DNA of 64,000 nt from Balanoglossus misakiensis (taxonomy: Eukaryota; Animalia; Hemichordata): the NCBI GenBank assembly GCA_040954595.2, contig CM082598.2, positions 4,345,837-4,409,836 on the forward strand, in the 5' to 3' direction. Both the position numbers and the translations under genes were made by a program. Below, one piece after another: positions 61,529 through 64,000 of the stretch (position 1 is its first letter; each line of letters starts with the position of its first letter). The notes below the pieces were generated by a model, which saw only the letters and a list, made by a program, of their open reading frames with translations, was not told where the DNA came from and ran no database searches.

Positions 61529-64000
61529 CAACTGGACAATGGAGGACGAAGACCGCGTATGATTTCCTTGCATTATTGTGTCTTCCTGTAAATGAAAAAT
61601 GTAAAGGATCGGTTAAATATTTGCATAGAAGTCAAAACCACACAGGACAAAGACCTTATTTTGCCTCAAATGCGGTAACTGTCACTTACCGAATTCGAAC
61701 ATCAATTGCAGAAATCCGCGCCAAAATCGTCTTTTTTTCAATTCAACTACTTGTTAGTTTTTCAGTATGCGGCATATAAGGTGGAAAAGCTTGAATTAGC
61801 TGCGATGATGCTCAGAACGGGAAGCTAAAAGTTCCCGCCATCGAACTACACCCAAACCCGCGAACCACACCCTAAATCAGTCGATCGTATCTACTACATG
61901 CGACGCGCTTACAGTCAAGCAAAACAAAATCGACGCGGAAAAAAGGGCTAGCTCCATGTAGCATGGACTGGCAATAGTATAAACTGTTGAAGTACATACC
62001 TGCTGCCGATGTGATGTGCTGTGCGTAGAATTTTGGGGCGGCTAAACTTCAACTGCTGCGATGTTGTCACGTAGGCGCTGTCACTCACAATGACTGGGAA
62101 TCCTTAACTTTGGCCGCAGATTGTTCTCTTCCTGTTAATTTTGCAACTGGACAATGGAGGACGAAGACTGCGTAAGATTTCCTTGCATTATTGTGTCTTC
62201 CTGTAATTGAAAAATGGAAAGGATCGGTTAGATATTACTATAGAAGTCAAAACCACACAGGAAAAAGACCTTATTTTGCCTCAAATGCGGTAACTGTCAC
62301 TTACCAAATTCGTACATCAATACAGTCAAAATGACAGAAATCCGCGCCAAAATCGTCTTTTTGTCAATTCAACTACTTGCTAGTTTTTCAGTATGTGGCA
62401 TGATAAGGTGGAAAAGCTTGAATTAGCCGCGATCATGCTCAGAACGGGAAGCTAAAAGTTCGCGCCATCGAACCACACCCAAACCCGCGAACCACACCCT
62501 AAATCAGTCGATCGTATCTACTACATGCGACGCGCTTACAATCAAGCAAAACAAAATCGACGCGGAAAAAAGGGCTAGCTTCATGTAGCATGAACTGGCA
62601 ATAGTATAATTTTTTGAAGTACATACCTGCTGCCGATGTGATGTGCTGTGCGTAGAATTTTTGGGCGGCTAAACTTCAACTGCTGCGATGTTGTCACGTA
62701 GGTGCTGTCACTCACAATGACTGGGAATCCTTAACTTTGGCCGCAGATTGTTCTCTTCCTGTTAATTTTCCAACTGGACAATGGAGGACGTAGACCGCGT
62801 ATGATTTCCTTGCATTATTGTGTCTTCCTGTAATTGAAAAATGGAAAGGATCGGTTAGATGTTTCCATAGGAGTCAAAACCACACAGGACAAAGACCTTA
62901 TTTTGCCTCAAATGCGGTAACTGTCACTTACCGAATTCGAACATCAATAGTCCAAATTGCAGAAATCCGCGCCAAAATCGTCTTTTTTTCAATTCAACTA
63001 CTTGCTAGTTTTTCAGTATGCGGCATGTTCATAAGGTGGAAAAGTTTGAATTGGCCGCGATGATGCTCAGAACGGAAAGTCAAAAGTTCGCGCCATGGAA
63101 CCGCACCCAAACCCGCCAACCGCGCCCTAATCTGTCGATCATATCTTCATGCGACGCGCTTTAAATCAAGTAAAGCAAAATCGACGCGGAAATAAGGGCT
63201 AGTTTGATGTAGCAAGGACTGGCAATAGTATAAAATGTTGAAGTACATACCTGTTGTCGATGTGATGTGCTGTACTGTGCGTAGATTTTTGGGCGGCTAA
63301 ACTTCAACTGCTGCGATGTTGTCATGTAGGCGCTGTCACTCACAATGATGATCGAATTATGTTCAGTGCAGAGACTGGACTTGCTATTTGCATATTCAAA
63401 TTATGACTTCATAGATTGACAGACACGTGAATAAACAAGCATCAGCCAATAGATTCAAACATTGCGCCAACCGTCACTCCACCTTTGACAGTTGTGTATG
63501 CGTGCATTCAGGAACAATGCATTCAGTGGTTATGCTGTTTTATGTAACAGAGAAACCAGGTGTCATCGACAATGGACAGCCTTCATAGTGAGAATTCTTC
63601 ACTAAGGTGGAGTGACGGTTGGCGCAATGTTTGAATCTATTGGCTGATGTTTTGTAATCACGTGTCTGTCAATCTATGAAGTCATAATTTGAATATGCCT
63701 ATGGGAAGTCAAGTCACCGTACTTAATGTGATCGACAGATCAAGTCTTCATTATTGTGAGTGACAGCGCCTACGTGACAACATCGCAGCAGTTGAAGTTT
63801 AGCCGCTCCAAAAGTCTACGCACAGCACATCACATCGGCAGCAGGTATGTACTCCAACAGTTTATACTATTGCCAGTCCATGCTGCATGAAGTTAGCCCT
63901 TATTTCCGCGTTGATTTTGTTTTGCTTGATTTTAAGCGCGTCGCATGTAGTAGATACGATCGACAGACTAGGGTGTGGTTCGCGTGTTTGGGTGTGGTTC
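61529..64000. mobile_element. Fold-back-like element: three ~620-bp tandem units, a central inverted repeat, then the unit in reverse orientation running off the right edge
   Basis: Units start at 61529, 62144 and 62771 (caactggacaatggaggacg...); inverted arms 63390-63485 / 63604-63698; 63753-64000 is the reverse complement of the unit end. Confidence 0.85.

Noticed and set aside
61576-63063. Repeated ORFs MCLPV.EK.KGSV...
   Set aside because: They lie within the ~620-bp tandem units and are disrupted by indels or stops between copies; no transposase motifs.

Overview
AT-rich, intron-containing animal genomic DNA. The gene content suggests a marine invertebrate, probably a non-vertebrate deuterostome such as a hemichordate or echinoderm; this is inference. 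Gene models were assembled by eye from splice signals and reading-frame continuity. From left to right the window contains: a DC-STAMP-domain (DCST1/2-type) gene running off the left edge (-); two intact tandem genes plus a 3' remnant encoding an ABM/dimeric alpha-beta-barrel-like protein (+); an ADA2/ADGF-family gene with altered substrate-pocket motifs, a GC-AG intron and a GPI-like tail (+); five secreted single-domain C-type lectins (EPN x3, QPD, EPD) with micro-exons; three small peptide-precursor genes nested in the lectin cluster, which the ORF track only partly captures; a CARD-only gene (+); a C11orf96 homologue (+); the 3' four exons of a Drosophila-type cryptochrome with no visible 5' half (+); and a large fold-back repeat at the right edge. 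The most interesting feature is the 23.7-30.2 kb peptide cassette. It has signal peptide, propeptide and dibasic-site precursors predicted to release disulfide-looped and amidated peptides (LCWKKPWSC; NTFGW...VCDKVLRR-amide; QDAFC...NIWWG-amide). A diverged copy of the CWKxPWxC exon has been pasted, with a 28-bp flanking duplication and compatible intron phase, into the neighbouring precursor gene.
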